Positions 1 through 13,473 of a stretch of DNA of 64,000 bases are shown here, in pieces. This stretch comes from Cycas panzhihuaensis (Eukaryota; Plantae; Cycadophyta). The stretch spans positions 81,971,741 to 82,035,740 of the forward strand of contig CM041465.1 in the NCBI GenBank assembly GCA_023213395.1, written 5' to 3'. The notes below the pieces were generated by a model that had not been told where the DNA came from, did no database searches, and saw only the letters and a program-made list of their open reading frames with translations. A program made the translations under genes and the position numbers. The stretch's first letter is position 1; each line of letters begins with the position of its first letter.

Positions 1-957
1 GTTGAGGCAACTTAGTTGTTCTTTGACCATGTATGGTAGAATTTTAGCTTGCCTTATTCGATCACTTTAGATCGAGACATTTGATTCCTTTCATCATTTT
101 GGAAGATACTATGGGAGATGATGGATACTAAATTGAAGAGGAGTACAAGTTTCCATCCTCTAATAGATAGACAAATCAAAGTAGCAAATAGAACTTTAGT
201 ACATTTGTTGAGAGGATACAATTCCAAGCATCTAAAGACTTGGGATGAATCATTGGCATTTCTACAATTTGCACTTAACAGGGTAATGCATGCATCATAC
301 TTTAAAGTACCTTTTAAAGTTTATTTGGGATACTTACCTCAAAGTCCATTTAACTGAGAGTTTTCTATGTAAGATAAGGAAGTATCTGCCAAAGAGAAGG
401 AGAGACATGACAAGGCTTTAAAATACTTGGAGAAGATCAAATGAGTTCACAGAGAAACACATGATCAACTCTTAAGGACTCAATAAAAGTATAAGTAAAG
501 ACATGACAAACATAGGCAAGAGTGTACTTTTTAATAAGGAAATTTAGTATGGTTATACTTAAGTAAGGAGAGGTTGAAAGGAGGAGGCAAGAAACTCAAA
601 CCTATAAGGTATGGACCATTGAAGATTTTGAGAAAAGTAGGTGGCAATGCTTTCCAACTTCATCATCCACCTTATATGTAAATATATTTAGTAGTAAATG
701 CTAAATATTTAAAACTCTTTGAGCCCTCCATGCTATATGAGGAGTAGGACTAGTTCACTTTACCTTTAGTTGATGACTTATATTTAGAAATTAAGGAGCC
801 TCTCAAGGAGGATTATATATTGGAGAGAAAATCCACCAAAAAAGGATATAAGACATATGAATCTTTTAAGATTGGAGTAGCAAGACAGTTGCCTAGTAAG
901 GCCAAGTGGTTTAGTAGATAATAAGGGGAACAATACTTCCTCTATCTTAAATTCTAA
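1..957 (+). mobile_element. Ty3/gypsy retrotransposon, degenerate integrase C-terminal half (truncated by window start)
   Basis: ORF 118-357 reads TKLKRSTSFHPLIDRQIKVANRTL...WDESLAFLQFALN (integrase core, cf. STAYHPQTDGQ). A GPY/F motif KLKPIRYGPLKI follows near 590-630. Many in-frame stops. Confidence 0.92.
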
Positions 958-997
958 TCCAAATAAGAGTTTGTTAGTTTCTAGGGAAGAGGAGACA

Positions 998-1891
998 TGA
1001 TCTAAGAGGATCTACCATATGTCTACAAGAAGAGAAAATGTTAGGCATTGTCACAACTGAAACAAACAATGTCAAATGGTGTCAAACTAATATGAAATTT
1101 TATGGAAAGGAATAAAATACATTGTACTACATGTATGCAAAATATGGGGTTCAAAAAATATCATTTGATTAGATGGTATGCCTTGTTTTATAGAAAATAA
1201 CTCCCACAGGATAATAGAAAAATAACAAATATATACTATTTTAAATCATTGAAAATAGGTCTAAATGATATCCAAATGAGCTAAAATTTTGAGGATGTAA
1301 GTGGGACATCTATACCTACAAGTGTACAAAATTTGAGATTAATTGGGAGTTGTTAGCCCTAGGTGCCAAGCTATAACATTTTAGAATTGCATAAATACCA
1401 CTTGGATAACATGCATTTTGGTTATTAGTGGTTTTACTTGCATGAATGCCATATGGTAAATATATATTTTGGTTTCCTTCCTATACATTAAGCCATCTTT
1501 AGCTCATTTAAAATGTTGGAGACTTGGTTCTTATGTGCGAGAGACACTTGAATTGCCAGTAACATTGACGAAGCACTTAGAAGGTGTTAGAGACCATAGA
1601 GGAGGCGAATATCAGCACTTCAAGCATCCATTTTGGAGAGTGGGAGTTTCATTGAAGGAGTCTTGGGAAGTTCGAGGCCCCTTGTGGTATTATTATATTA
1701 TTCTTCATTGTATCTTACATATCCTTTGCTAGTTATTTTTTCTCCACCATTAAATGGAGGTTTTTCTAGCTTAATAAAAGTATTATTATTCTTCTTACCT
1801 TGGAGTAATGGCAACTGTGTATGAGTTAGTGTAGAGCATCCTTTTATGGGCTCATTTTTTTATTGATGTTATTGGAAATTTTACACTAACA
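998..1891 (+). repeat. 3' LTR of the gypsy element at 1-957, preceded by a PPT
   Basis: Purine tract AGGGAAGAGGAGA at 983-995, then TGATCT at 998. Candidate end ...TTTACACTAACA at 1891. The partner LTR is not in the window, so the right end is tentative. Confidence 0.6.
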
Positions 1892-2802
1892 TCCTAGAAT
1901 ATCAATGAAAAAGATTGGTAATTAATTTCTTCCTCAATCGCTTAGATTTATATACCTTAGTACGTAGGCTACAAGAAGGTATAAGACCCTCATAAGTTGT
2001 TGACCTGCCTACGCTAGAGTTATGCCTAGTGACAGATCTAGCAATGATGGCTTAACAACTAAAGGTACTCATCCTCTTCAGGTCTAGCTTTGGTCTCCAA
2101 ACTCTAGAAAAGATAAGTTTTCACCTCGATGCGTGACCTAATACACCTAATAGCTAATGATGTTTCTCATTCAATATAGTAGGCCAAAGACATGTGTGTG
2201 GTAGTAACTTTAGGGCTCCTAACCATTCCCCTTGTAAGGCTAAAAAATAGCGAGTTCTGTTAGGAGTTAATCTTGTTTAATGTGAAAAATATATTTTATT
2301 ATGGTCTTGCTTAGCAAATAAGGTTCCTTCTTAATCAATTAATAAAAATAACTTGATAACAAAATGAAAGATATTTCTCTTTAAATGAAATCAATGTAAG
2401 ATTAATGTACATTTTCGAATGAAATATATATGTAAAACAAGCAAACTTTCAAAATGATATAAATAAGCCCTAAAATAGTATAAAATAAAAAAGAAATAAA
2501 ATAGCCTTTGAATGAGCTTATAAACATGCAATAAGATGCACTCTAATTGAAATTTGAAATGCAATAGAGGAATCGAGTTGATCTTTAGAATAAACTTTAA
2601 TAAAAAGATAAGATGATCAATAAATGATGATCAAAGTAAGCCTAATATGAGCTTTAACACCAAGATGAATAAGCTAAAGATGAATTTAAAACTAAATGAG
2701 CAATAAATATACTTTATATAAGTAAAAACATATCCTTGAATATACTTTGAAATATGCTTTAAATTGATGTAAGTTCACCCTTAAATGCACAAAATAAGCT
2801 TG

Positions 2803-5800
2803 TGTTTCCCAGCTACCGGGATTGGATATGGATGAATTAGTTTAAGTAAGTGTAGGTATGTGTCTAGACTCACTTTCGTTGGCTTTAGGATGCTATGAGG
2901 TTGTTGATGGATCTACATTGCATGTTGATTAGATTGCATGATCATTATACATCGCTTGCCTATTTACTTATGTTGCATCTTAACACTTTAGCCTATGTCA
3001 ACACGGAATATGCATCTCATGGCATTTTATGACCCTCTGCCATGTCTCCATAATGTCTCCAAGCACTTTTGGCTTCTATAGCATGTTCTTTATTACTCCT
3101 TAGTGTGACGTGATCTCTAACATTCTATTTAAGCTTGGTTATCACCCATGTTCACCATTTGTCTCCCTTTGGGGCCTTATTGACACCTTTTTCTTATTCA
3201 TCATGGCCCCTCTATGTCCTATAGCTCCTCTTAGTACCTTAGAATTGTATTATTGTCCTTTCAGGATCTAGGACCCCCTATTTTAGGGAGCCTTTCGGGC
3301 TTTCCCTTCTTTGTTTTCTGTTAGTCTTGTTTGTAACGTTATAAATTCTGTGGTACCATTGCAAACTTCATAGCAGTGAAGTTTTCCACAAGGACTGCTC
3401 AAAATCACTTTTGTCAGCTACGAACAATTTCATATTAAATGTAAAATTGAAATGTGGAATTGGGTTATTTCCCACCTAGGGCAAGCCCTAAACACCTGTT
3501 GATCTAGGGTTGGGTTTAAAAACCCAAATATTCCCTCATTTCTTCCTTCTTCTTCCTCCACATCTCAAGGGAAAAATTTTGAAACGAAGTTCTCACTTAT
3601 TACACCTATCCTCCACTCCTACCATAATCTCCCTCAAGGCAAAACCCTAAGTTGTAGGTTTGTTGCAACGAGATTTAGGATAAATCTTCACTGTAAGTAC
3701 TCCACCAAGCCTCAAGCATCAAGTTTATTGCAGGTTATGCTTCCTCTTTTTGCCATTGCAGGAGCTCTTTTCCGCCTTCTAAGAAAACCTCTTCCCACCA
3801 ACATACAAGTTAGATCTACCTCGGATCTTCCTTACTGTATGTATAGTCCTATATATTCCTCTTCTCATTCAGGATAAAGGTTTCTTTACTTGTTTTTTCC
3901 ATTTGTTGTGTGAAGTCGCCCTTCATTTCTTCATTCCGAGAGACAAACCCTCCTCTTCACTAGCTTGTTTCCCTTCTACCTTAAAGTTTCTCTCAGGTTC
4001 ACCCAAGGAAGTAGAGAGAAAAGTAACCACGAAGAAACAAAAGAGTTTTAGGCAGGGTTCCATACCCTTTTGTCATATCCTCAAGGGAATCCCCCTACTC
4101 TCTGCTCCATTTCTTCTCCCAATACCTCCCTTGGTCACCTAGAAACCTTTGGGATAGGGAACTTTCTTAATTGCAGTGTTAGAAGCACCTTGCTACACCT
4201 ACAACTAGCCATCATAGACCTCCATAAAACCTAGTTTAGCAGTAGCTCTTTTGGTTCACATAACCTTAGCCTCACTTTTACAAATATTAAAAGAGTTGCA
4301 CATTGCAACTTTTGCAAGTTTTGCAACTTTTACAATCTTTTTTACAACACATTTTTCATATACAAAACTTGTTGCCTTCTCTACCATTAGATGATCTTGG
4401 CCCTTTTGATTAGTTGCTTGTGTGTTTGAGCACATGGAGAGATCCCATTGGAGGGTTAGCCATTCTGAGGCTACCCATCTCTCTCACTTTCACCCCACTT
4501 TCCCGCAATCATCAGATCACTATGTATACATGATAAGAAATACTAACATTGCTTGGTTTACTTGTTTAAAGGACGTTTCTATCGGATTACTTTTCCTTGT
4601 TTCTTCCTTTTGAAAAGCATAGATATATGTACACACTTTCTCCCATGCATGTTTAGTGCCCCTTGGGAAAGTATAAGTAGTTTGTCATGTAAGTACCATA
4701 TGCTTCAGAGTAAATAAAGACCTTCATTACAAGTACGCCTATTATTCTCCTTATTATTTTAATAACTTAAAATTTTAATATAAGCAATTATTTCTTTTCC
4801 TTCAGTTCTTTTGCATTCAGATATTGGGGAAGGTAAGGAAACCCAATCGATGTTCCTTTCACCATATCGCTAGACAAGGTACGTGATGGATGAGTGTGGA
4901 TCATGAAGAAAGTGAAGAGGCCTCTACATTGACTGTCTCTCTGGTTTTCAGGTGCACTACTTTCATACTATCCTCTCGCTCATACCTTTCTCTACATTTT
5001 ACTCCCAAAAGAAGAAAAGAAAAGATTAAAAGAAAGAATAGTTTTGTATTTCATTACTTGTTACATGACTTGCTTGGTCATATAGGGAAAGGGTAATTAT
5101 TTTTTACAAATAGGAGCCTCTTTCCACTAGTTGCATCTTTACCCCCTCTTCCTTAACTTAAACTCTCACTCTCACTTGGGTTTGAGTGTGATAGGTTATG
5201 AGTTCTTCTACCCCCATCCTATCTTCTTTGACATTCCATTGGGTTGACTTGCATTAGCACTTACATCCTTGTCCTATGCTTCCTGCTTGCCTGCTTCCTT
5301 TTATGCTTATAAAAAATAAGGAGAGGGAGGCTAGGATTTAGGAAAAGAGAGAGAGTTATTGATTTGGTATGCTTTTTTTACTTGAGTATGGAATATAAAT
5401 AATGACAACTCATACTACCATACCATTTCATTATATAACAAAAACAAAGAAATAAAGTATGTTGCTCTATCCCCTACACCTAACTATCCATTTTAGGTGT
5501 ATGCACCTTAGAGGCACTCCTCCTTAAGGTCTTCCTCCCCCTTTTGGGTAAAGGCCCACCTTCCCTCACCTCTACTTAGACGTTAGCCTCTTTTAGCCCA
5601 ACTTCCCCTTCTCTTCCATACTACTAGGCACTCGCTACTTGCTCATAGTTGCTTCCTCTTTAGGTTAGGACCTACCTCACTTATTCCCTCTCCTTAGGAA
5701 GGGTGTATCCCATTTATATCCTCCTTCCTTGGCTATCTAAGACAATAGGGTCCTTTTTTAGGCTACTCAGTAAATCGAGGAAGTCCCTCTCTTGCCCATC

Positions 5801-5993
5801 TCAAATCAAGAAGGTTCTTACCTTGAGGGGAAGTTTATGTGCCATTTGCAGGTCCTCGAACCTGCATTCCAATATAGGGACACCCTTTGTGGGTAATCAT
5901 TTCTCTTGCTCCCATAAATACTTTAGCCATAAGATTATTGATTGTATGGGCCTGATCTCTTTATATCTAGTGACCCCTAGAGGTATGCTTTCA
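2803..5993 (+). repeat. Long (~3.2 kb) 5' LTR of a Tat/Ogre-like gypsy element
   Basis: Start TGTTTCCCAGCTACCGGG matches the start of the copy at 62604 (TGTTTTCGGGCTACCGGG). The end GAGGTATGCTTTCA at 5993 coincides with where similarity to the inverted copy stops (13474). A PBS-like sequence follows. Confidence 0.75.
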
Positions 5994-5994
5994 C

Positions 5995-6011
5995 TGGTGA
6001 CAATAATGGGA
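5995..6011 (+). promoter_or_regulatory. Decayed primer-binding site (TGGTGACAATAATGGGA), possibly tRNA-Arg type
   Basis: Begins with TGG one base after the LTR-terminal CA. The tRNA assignment is inferred from Tat/Ogre usage. Confidence 0.5.
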
Positions 6012-6149
6012 ACTCCTCGGTAAGGGGTCTATCATATTCCCTTTTATGTTAATACTACTTCTCCTTCAGTAACCCTCCACGATTCATTGGTCAGACCCCA
6101 ATGTCTATCATCCTATTATCCTATTTTCTTCTAACCCTTAAGAGAGACT

Positions 6150-9100
6150 TGTATGCGATGATTATTTCATCATTTACAAGGTCTCTCTCCTTCGTTAGAA
6201 GATTCTCTTGACTATCTCCTTTCATTGCTAGATTCTGAATCAACCATAGAGGGATTTCATTGGATTAGGCATACTACACCTATGTTTTTGAATCTCATCA
6301 ACCTTCTACGTCCTTCTAGGGGGCCACCTAAGAGGGTGAGGACCATATCTTCTACTTTGGTGACCAAGAGCACCCATAGGTCCATCACCTTTCCACTCAT
6401 GAAGTGGAAGTGTCTTCTCCCATAGGATATCACCATCTTGGTGATAACACCCATGAGGACCACCTTGTGGGGTTCGCTTCATATGAGGATCATTCAACCT
6501 CATATAAGCAAGTGGATACCCCTCCCACGAATGTGGTGGAAGCACTTAATCAATGCTTCCAAGTAGCTAGCCTCCAACCATATCCTAAATGGATGGATAG
6601 CATTTTGTGAAGTATAGTAGTCCCTCCTCCACATCCACACCTTCACATTCATTCCATTCAACTCCTCTGCCCATAATAGGGGCATCCCTTGTTGTGTCTT
6701 ATTCCTCTTGTGGACTGCATTCCTTAGGGACCACCCGAGGTATACCCACTTCCCAACTCAGGTTGAGTATGCCTCCTTCTAGCCAAGAGACTACACCCCA
6801 ACCAACCATAGTCTATATACCTCTCATTAGATCTAGGGAACCTACATATCCCCCTACTTCAGGCCACGTAGGGCAAATTCCCACGTACTCCCAAAATCAA
6901 CCTAGAGATTCCTACCTCTACGTGCCCCTCAGATATACTTCCCAACCATGGGGGCATGGTAAGGGGAATCCTCTCCCTGTCTACATGGTGGAACCCTTGC
7001 ATCCATATGGTGTTGCACCACCCATGTGTGGCTCATATGGGCAAAATCTAGTTCCACACCCATCTATCTTGTTTTCTCATACTTCTTCTTATGTGGTGCC
7101 TTCACAAGGAGGACAATCCACTCTTTAAGGTACCCTTTCTCAAGCCCCCTTTCAACAAGGGGCATACCCTCAAGGGGGGATGGGTCCTTTTTACCCATCT
7201 GCTTCTTTCCCAATCCCTTCACATTCGAGATTGGTTCCTTTCCACAAAGCAGAAGGAAGTTCAGATCTCCTTTCGAGCCAAGTTTCCAAAGGAGGATTTG
7301 GGTGTCCCTGCCCACCTCCTCCTTCATCTTCTATTGACCCTATAATCCAACCAAGGTCTCGTCCCTTCATGGACTATAGGTTAACTGTTTTATCCATTGA
7401 GGCACTAAGAACTAACTTACCACCTCACCCTCCTAAGATACACAAGTTTGATGGGACCTCCTCTCAAGACCTAATGGAACATGTTAGAAGCTTCTCTATG
7501 GCGTGCATTAACTATTTGCTATATAATCACACTCTAATAAAGCTTTTCCCACATTCTCTTCAAGGTAATGCCCTCAGATAGTTCTATCACCTTCCTTCAC
7601 ACTCCATCCACTTATTCTAGCAACTTGTTGATAAGTTTGTTAATTATTTTGATGTTGCTCATCCTTTTGAGAGTGGAATAAAGGCTCTCTTGTCCCTCAA
7701 GCAAGGTCATAATAAAATAAATCATGACTTTGTGAGACATCTCCATAATCTTCTCCACTCCACGAAGGTAACTCTACACGAGGAGTTAACGAGGGATCCT
7801 TTTGTCAATGCTCTTTGCCTTGAAGTCCATGTTGAAGTCCTCAAGATAAGGGTAATAACCAAATGCTTGGCTCGAGGCCATAAGATCTAAGGGTCTCAAG
7901 AAGCCTCTTAGGTTGTCACAATGATGTGAGGCACCCCCTCTGTCCCTCCATACCAAGACCCAATAACCTCCTAGGTCTTCATCTCATTTGATAGAGAGGA
8001 CCATGGACCCCTTGATTTTCGCTATACATTCTTTTACGTATACGATGAAGGAACTTAAACTCCAAGCACCTTCATCACCTATCTCCTATAAATCTGATCA
8101 TCAAGCCTCTCCAACTTAACCTCTTAAGAGTGGTAATACCCAAGCTTCTCAAGTAAGGAAGGCAGACCCTTCCTTGAGAAAGAAGTAGTGTTCCATTCAT
8201 GGGGAGTGCTTTTATGAGGACTCATAATGTAGGGCACATCATCCAAAATCCACCTCGCATCGCGACTTCTCCCTCAAATGAGCATCCAGGCCAAATCTAG
8301 ACCAACCTATTTATGAGGATCCTTTCCCCAAATATGAGGAATAGGATCCTCATATCTAACAAAAATAGAATCGAAATAGGGGAAGATCCCCTAACTGTCT
8401 CCCTACATAAGCCAAGGGAAAAGGGCTGAGGAACTATTCTTCATCTTCTGATTCCTGCCTTCAAACTCCTTCTCCCTCTCAAACTTGAAACAAGGGAAGG
8501 AGAGTCACCTAAATGCTTGAGACCATACCTTTATACACATTGACCCTATCCCAAGTAGCTAAAGAAGCGATAGGTGCTTCTTCTTCTTCTCATCCTGATC
8601 CTCCATTAGAGAATCCTCCTTCAGAGATCTTGTTACTTCCCAAGATTATCCTTGTTTACCCTGCTCATTGTCATTTTCGAAGGCTGCTTCCCCAACCTAC
8701 CACGAAGGGGAATCCCTTCTCTATCATTGATGAGCTTTACACTATGGCTGTAGGAATATCCACGATGGACGTCTTAAGAAGCTATCTAGAGTAACACACT
8801 CTCCTCCTAGAAACTTTAGGGTTAGTTATTAATTTTGTTCACACCTTGGGTGTTTCCATAAGCTATGAACATATCATCTCGTTCAGCCTTAAAGATATCC
8901 CTCCTACTGGCGAAAGGGAATGCCAACGGTATTGCCTTTTTACTATATCCATAGACATACTTGAATGTACTCTTCAAAGAACTATTGTAGATAATAGTTC
9001 TTCTGTCAACACTATGATTTTGTGAATCATGCAAGAGTTGGGCATAGTATCTCCCGATCCTGTCCCATGGTGTTGTCAATGCTATAATGGTAGTGATAAA

Positions 9101-12100
9101 ATACCCTTAGGATCCATTTCTATTCCTCTTACTCTCAAGGATAAAACTGTCCTTACTAATATTGTAGTCCTTAATGTAAACATAGATTATAATCTTTTAT
9201 TAGGACATCCATGGCTTGACCATATGGGAGCCATGTGTTCATCCCATTGGAGCAACTCAAATTCATCCACGAAGGGTGAATGAAGGTTGTTTCTCAGGAG
9301 CCTCCTCTCACCAAATAATCACATCAATCCTGTCAAGCGGTTCATGACCAAGCGAAGGGCAACAAAAGCCCATCTACCCATGTTTTTGCTTATTTTATTG
9401 ATATTCCTATTACATCTTGTCCAGAAGAAGATCCTTCTCTTTCTCCCTTTAACCTTATCCGTTTTGCCCCTAGTGTGGGGAGTTATGGGTACCTCATTAT
9501 GCTAAGCGATGATGAGTCCAACAGTGAGGATGATGACCTCCCTCATCCCATATCCTTCCTAAACACTAGTAAGGGGCGCTCCCTTTGTTTTAGGTCCCAA
9601 CCTGAAGCCTCTTTCATTTAGGAGTTTAGTCCTCCTCCTAAGTCACTTATCATTACTCCCATCTCTCATGTGACTTCCCATCTTGCCTCATCTTTCACCT
9701 CATCACGCTCCTCGAGTGATGAGGTAAGGGAACATGCTATCATCTATCATAGGAGATCTCCCTCTAACTCTTCCAAAGACTCTCTTGACTATGTTGAGTG
9801 GTGTATCAATCACTATGATCTTGCCACTCCTCCTACTCCTCATTTCTCGCCTTCTCCAAGTATAACTATCCATGGAATAGATTGCTTTAAGAATGACGAG
9901 ACACTATTAAAGAACCTAGCGGGCTCTGTGCCCAACCTCCCTCCTAGTCACCATAAACTTGGTTACTAGAAGATTCTAGCCTTTAGGTCACCCTTAGATG
10001 ACCTAATTCTACCTTCCTCTTCTTCGCCCTTTCCTATTGACCAAGCCCCCTTTCACTTCGAGGAAGTGAATGTTGTGTGCATATGGGCAACTAAGGACAT
10101 CATCCTTGCTCCTAATAAGGTCATTAAGATAGGAGCAGAGTGTTCTCATAAATAAATGAAGGAATACACCTTTCTTTCTTAGGAGTTTTATGATGTCTTT
10201 GTATGGGATTACACTGACATGAAGGGAATAAACCCTTCCATTATCACCCATAACTTAACTACCATTCTAAGAACTCGCCCCATGTGGTAAATGCAGTGCC
10301 CCTTACATCCTAAACTTTTAGCTACCATGAAGATGGAAGTTGAGAAACTCCTGGATGTAGGTTTAATCTCCTCCATCAATTACCCTAAGCAGATATCAAA
10401 CATCATACCCATTACTAAAAGGAATGGGATGATTCAGATATGTGTTGATTTTTGCGACATTAACAATGCATGTCCTGAAGATAACTTTCCTTTACCTTTC
10501 ATTAACCAAATCATTGATTGAACCAGTGGATTCAAAGTCATGTCCTTAATGGATAGCTTCTTTGGGTATAACCAGATCCAGATTTCTCCTGAAGACTGTC
10601 ACAAAATGGCCTTCACTACTCCTCGGGGTACTTTTACTAATAAAGTGATGCCCTTTGGCCTGAAAAATATGAGCAACACTTACCAAAGGGTGATGCAATT
10701 TATCTTCCATGACCTCATAAACAAAACCTTTGAGGTTTTCATGGATGACATGATGGGTCTTTCATACATAAGGGCCCACCATCCTAACGATTTGTGAGCC
10801 ATCTTTACTAGGTATCATAAATATCATGTGAGATTAACCCTCTAAAATGTGTGTTTACTGTAACAGTTGACAAACTCCTTGGTTTTCTTGTTTTAAAACA
10901 AGGAATCTAGATTGATCCTAATAAATTTAAGGGCATCCTTGACATGTCTCCTCCCAAGACTCAATGATAAATTAAGTTATTTTTGGGTAGATTAGGCTTC
11001 CTCAGGCATTTTTTTAAAAACTTTGCCATAAACGCTAAACACCTCGCTAACTTATTGAAGAATAGAGATCCTTCCATGTGGTCTCCAAAGGCCTAGGAAG
11101 CTTTCGAAGAGCTCAAGAAAGCCTTGGCTTCCACCTTAATTTTGGTGCCTCCCCTCTTCGATCGACCCTTTATCCTTTATACTTTAGCTATTAATGAGTC
11201 CTTAGGGGCTATGCTCACCCAAGAAGATGACTTAATAACTGAGAGGGTCATCTACTTTATCAGTCATACCTTAGTTATTGTTCAGTTTAACTACACCCCT
11301 ACTGAGAAGGAATGCCTCACCTTGGTACATGCCACCAAGAAATCTAGGCATTACTAAGTGATCATTCAATCCAATCCCTTGAGGTACCTCTTAACCTGAT
11401 TCGACCTGACATGTAGGATCAGTAAGTGGGCCATCCTCCTCCAAGAATTTGACCTCCAAATCATTAATAGGAAGTTAGAGAAAGGGATGGTGGTTGTCAA
11501 ATAACTAGTTGACGCCCCCATCCATAACTCTTCAAACATTCTTGTTGATGATTCTCCACCAAATGAGCCTATCATTTTCATTCAAAACTCATACCTCCAC
11601 CCATTGACTGATAGTTAATGGTATGAGGACATTGTATGATACCTCACTGAGTAGTACTATCATCTCGATGCTAGTGATAAGCTAAGGTCATATATTATGG
11701 CCACTCCTAGGCAGTACTTCCTTACAGAAGGGGGGTTATACAAAAGATCCTTTGATGGCATCATCCTTTATTACATCAACCTTAACAGAGTGAACCAGAT
11801 ACTTTGGGGGCTAATCCATGGCCAAGAGGATCTTTTGCATGGGTTACTATTGGTTTTCCCTCTTCAAGGATGCCCATGTCTATGCCTTGCAATGTTGTAG
11901 GTGTCAGGAGCACACCAACATCTTTTGTTTACCTTCCGAGTCCCTATGCCCCATTATTTCTCCTTAGCCTTTCTCCCAATGGGGATTAGACCTTGTTGGG
12001 GCTATAATCCCTTCTTCTTTATTGCAACATAATTTTATCTCGATCGTGATAAAGTATTTCACTAAATAGATTGAAGCGTTTAATTTATCTTCCACTTCCA

Positions 12101-12826
12101 GTAAGATGATAGCCACTTTAATCTACCAACACATTATCTGTTGATTCAAGGTTCTTGGTATCTTGATAATAGATAATAGAACTTCCATTTGTAATAAAGA
12201 AATGGATGAGCTTTGTAGGAAGTTTTAGATATTCCATAAGACTTCCTCTCCTTATTACCCTAAGGCTAATGGCCAAATTCAATCATTCAACAGAACTCTC
12301 ATAAGTATCCAAAAGAAAACCATCGTTTAATCTCAAAATATTAGCACCATCCTCTTCCCTCAGCTTTATGGTTGTACTGCACTTCCATTTGCATAGGCAC
12401 AGGGATGACTCTATTCTCCCTCATGTATGGAACTGAGGCAGTCCTTCCTTTGGAAGTTGAAATTCCCTCTTTGAGAGTTTTCCTTTAAGGTCTTATCGAT
12501 AAGAAATCCTATCGCTAGGCCCACCTCCTTAACCTCGAAGCTTTAAATGAGAGACATTTCATTGTATGTCAAGCAAATCTCACCTCCAAAGCTAGGGTGC
12601 AAAGAACATATGACAAATGCCTTCATGCTCACCCTTTGCATCCTGAGGAACATGTCCTTAATTTAAAATATACCCATGATTGCCTATCCAAATTTGGGCC
12701 TAAATGGATTGGTCCTTCGTCATTCTCGAAAGCCTTGATAATGGCGCCTATAGGATTGTAACTCTAGAGGGTCTTGAGTTTGAGAAGGCCATCAATGATA
12801 AATTCCTAAAGAAATTATATGTGTAA
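6150..12826 (+). pseudogene. Degenerate gag-pol of a non-chromovirus (Tat/Ogre-like) Ty3/gypsy element
   Basis: Pro/Ser-rich N-terminus. Gag KIHKFDGT...LIKLFPHSLQGNALR (~7430-7580). Protease ...DYNLLLGHPWL (~8950-9240). RT ICVDFCDINNACPEDNFPLP, MDSFFGYNQI, VMPFGLKN, FMDD (10300-10800). RNase H YTPTEKECLTLV (~11300). Integrase ending ...KFLKKLYV* at 12826. Many stops and frameshifts. Confidence 0.92.
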
Positions 12827-13473
12827 CCTTCCCTAATCCTGAGTAGATTAGGCACACACCTTCTCCTCTTTCGCTCTAAAATGAGCCTAAATTAACTCTC
12901 TAAGTGTCTCCATTCTCCCTAACTATAGGCATAATGGTAGCTTAGGGTGGCCTCTCACCTTGATATTTCCATCTCCTCTATTGTATCTTTTCCATTTCCA
13001 TCCAAGAGGAACACTTTATCCTAGTTAGATATGTAGACTTTCATTGCTCCTAAGCATGGAATTACACCCTAACTAGGGCTTCTTACTTAAGTGGTGCCTC
13101 CTTCTTGTTATTATTTCCTTTGCATATATGTTATGCTCCTTCAATGGACATGTATAATTCTCCCTCTCCTAGCCTCTCATGTACCTATCACCTATACATA
13201 TAGTGGTTGTGTCTATCCGCTATGAGTGTAGCCTTGTCTAAAAAGAAGCGCGAGTATCACTCAAGTGATCTAACAGGAAAAGCTATATATAACAATCAAA
13301 TAAAACCATCGTGATGCATAATCCCTCGCACACTAGTACATCTATATCTCCATGCATTTATCTCTCAATGTATATGTATAAATAATTAAATAGATAAAAC
13401 AAAGTAATAACATTATAAAACCATCACAAACATCATGATCATGGGTTGAATGGAATGCCAATTGGCCCCTGCC

